Shown here: one piece after another, positions 62,855-64,000 of the stretch
Numbering within the stretch: position 1 is the stretch's first letter
How the letters are laid out: each line of letters opens with the position of its first letter
Assembly (NCBI GenBank): GCA_039028875.1
Contig: JBCCHE010000002.1
Coordinates: 98,345 to 162,344, forward strand
Direction: 5' to 3'
DNA: 64,000 nt
From: Myxococcota bacterium
Lineage (GTDB): Bacteria > Myxococcota_A > Polyangia > Polyangiales > Houyiibacteriaceae
Program-made: the position numbers and the translations under genes
The notes under the pieces: model-generated
Told to the model about the DNA's origin: nothing
The model's database searches: none
Seen by the model: only the letters and a program-made list of their open reading frames with translations

Positions 62855-63907
62855 GTGATGATCATGGCGCTTCAGATCATCATCGGCAGCCATTTCGCCA
62901 AGCCCCGGCACGGTCAACAAATACAGTGCGAACCGACGAGCAAGGTCGGCGACAACCGGTTTCCCGGACTCGTTGTCGTCGCGCTGAGCGCGTTGTGGTT
63001 CGCCCCTGTCGCGCGCGCGAACGAGCCGCCACTCACCGACGAAGCGCCGCCCACGCCAGAGCATTGGGGGCGAAGCACAAGCGCCAGCGTCGATACACGG
63101 GTCGACACTGAATTCGCACCTTCGTTCAGGTTCGAGGACGGAAGCGAGGCCGAGCTCGGCCGCTTGGGTACCCGCATCGATGGCACCGTTCGGCGCAGTC
63201 GATTCTCTGCGAGCATCGGCGCAAGTGTCGAGAGCCAGAACTACACCTCGACCGACAACGACTTGCGGCTCCTTGGCACCCAGTTCAGCCTGACGATGGG
63301 CTACCAGAGCGACTCCGTCGGGTTCTTCGTGGGGCCGTTGCTCGGCATCTCTGCCGAGAGCGACTCGGACCTGGGTCAAGCGGTCACAGCAGGGGGAGCG
63401 GCGGGCGTCACGTGGTTGGTACATGAGACGCTGCTTGTCGGTGCCGGGGTGTACGCGAGCTCGCAGCTCGAAGGTCGCCCGCTCGTGTTGCCGATACCGA
63501 TCTTCAACTGGCGCCCCATCGAACAGTTTCGAGTGACGAGTTTCGGTCGCTATGGGCCGGGTGGCAGCATCGAAGTCATCGGGGTACCGCACCGGGTTGT
63601 CGAGTTGAGCGCTGGGTTCACCTACCGAAACCAACAATTCCGACTGGATTCCGAGGGCACGGCACAGGGCGGGGTGTTCGAGTCGACAGGCGTCCCGGTC
63701 TGGTTTGGCGTGGCCTTGTTTCCGACCGAATGGATGCGCATCGACACGTACGTAGGCACGACTTTCGCCGGGAACATCAAGCTCCGAGAGCTCGACGGAA
63801 GTGATGCGTATGCGGCGGATTACAATCCGAACGTCACCGTTGGACTGTCATTGAGTCTCGAGTTCGACGCGGCCCGGAGCGCTGGACAGCAGTTCGCTCA
63901 GCGTTGA
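62855..63907 (+). CDS. putative outer-membrane beta-barrel protein
   Basis: Signal-like segment (PGLVVVALSALWFAPVARA), then alternating-hydrophobicity, Gly/Ser/Thr/aromatic-rich strands (FSASIGASVESQNY, TQFSLTMGYQS, VTVGLSLSLEF). The start is 62855 (GTG), 62858 or 62864 (ATG). The antisense 331-aa ORF is Arg-rich shadow. Confidence 0.6.
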   Translation: MMIMALQIIIGSHFAKPRHGQQIQCEPTSKVGDNRFPGLVVVALSALWFAPVARANEPPLTDEAPPTPEHWGRSTSASVDTRVDTEFAPSFRFEDGSEAELGRLGTRIDGTVRRSRFSASIGASVESQNYTSTDNDLRLLGTQFSLTMGYQSDSVGFFVGPLLGISAESDSDLGQAVTAGGAAGVTWLVHETLLVGAGVYASSQLEGRPLVLPIPIFNWRPIEQFRVTSFGRYGPGGSIEVIGVPHRVVELSAGFTYRNQQFRLDSEGTAQGGVFESTGVPVWFGVALFPTEWMRIDTYVGTTFAGNIKLRELDGSDAYAADYNPNVTVGLSLSLEFDAARSAGQQFAQR

Positions 63908-64000
63908 GTCGACAGATGAAGTGTGAGAACCCGAAGAAAATAACGACCCGAGAGACGGCTCGCCGTTGGCGGTTGCAAGGCGCTCGGAGCGTCGTGGTCG

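Noticed and set aside
62642-63637. 331-aa ORF on the minus strand opposite the putative OM protein
   Set aside because: It is Arg-rich with no signal or motifs. The + frame has a signal peptide, strand-like periodicity and stronger third-position GC bias. I kept the + strand call, though only at moderate confidence.
1-64000. Search by eye for tRNA, rRNA, tmRNA, RNase P, SRP RNA, transposases, integrases and phage genes
   Set aside because: No T-loop-like GGTTCGAATCC motifs, rRNA-like stretches, or IS/integrase-like ORFs were seen. A covariance-model scan would be needed to exclude small RNAs.

Overview
The window is a GC-rich bacterial chromosomal segment with strong GC bias at third codon positions. 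I call about 60 protein-coding genes on both strands. By eye I found no rRNA, tRNA, CRISPR array, transposase or integrase.

Several traits suggest a Myxococcota- or Bradymonadales-like deltaproteobacterium, which is inference only:
- many lipoproteins with 'C(G/S)DDSD...GGAGG' glycine linkers
- a CDGxDNDCDG (MopE-like) motif
- an HTTM-domain protein
- haem CxxCH lipoproteins paired with Tat-exported partners

Most of the window is housekeeping or miscellaneous enzymes: ppk, metF, nadE, an AidB-like acyl-CoA dehydrogenase, an amidase, a GH31 glycosidase, an SDR, DJ-1, TetR regulators and others.

The regions most worth a second look:
1. 0.5-8.4 kb: a translationally coupled triad of a YdbH/AsmA-like protein, a lipoprotein with a YdbL(DUF1318)-like domain, and a giant PD40/TPR protein.
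2. 46.1-50.0 kb: a secreted operon of a parallel beta-helix protein, an HNE_0200-like dihaem protein and cytochrome c peroxidase.
3. 56.4-63.9 kb: a cell-envelope island holding a cadherin-like/MopE/pentapeptide protein coupled to a signal-peptide-bearing Hcp-like protein, plus a CpxR/CpxA-like two-component system. Around that system a 15-nt direct-repeat box (TTTACA-N-TTCTTAA) occurs three times, each upstream of a + strand unit.
4. Several structured non-coding elements: two large imperfect palindromes, an AT-rich hairpin island, a 7 x 18-bp coding tandem repeat and a duplicated 3' element.

All family assignments come from motif recognition by eye. No profile or database search was run.
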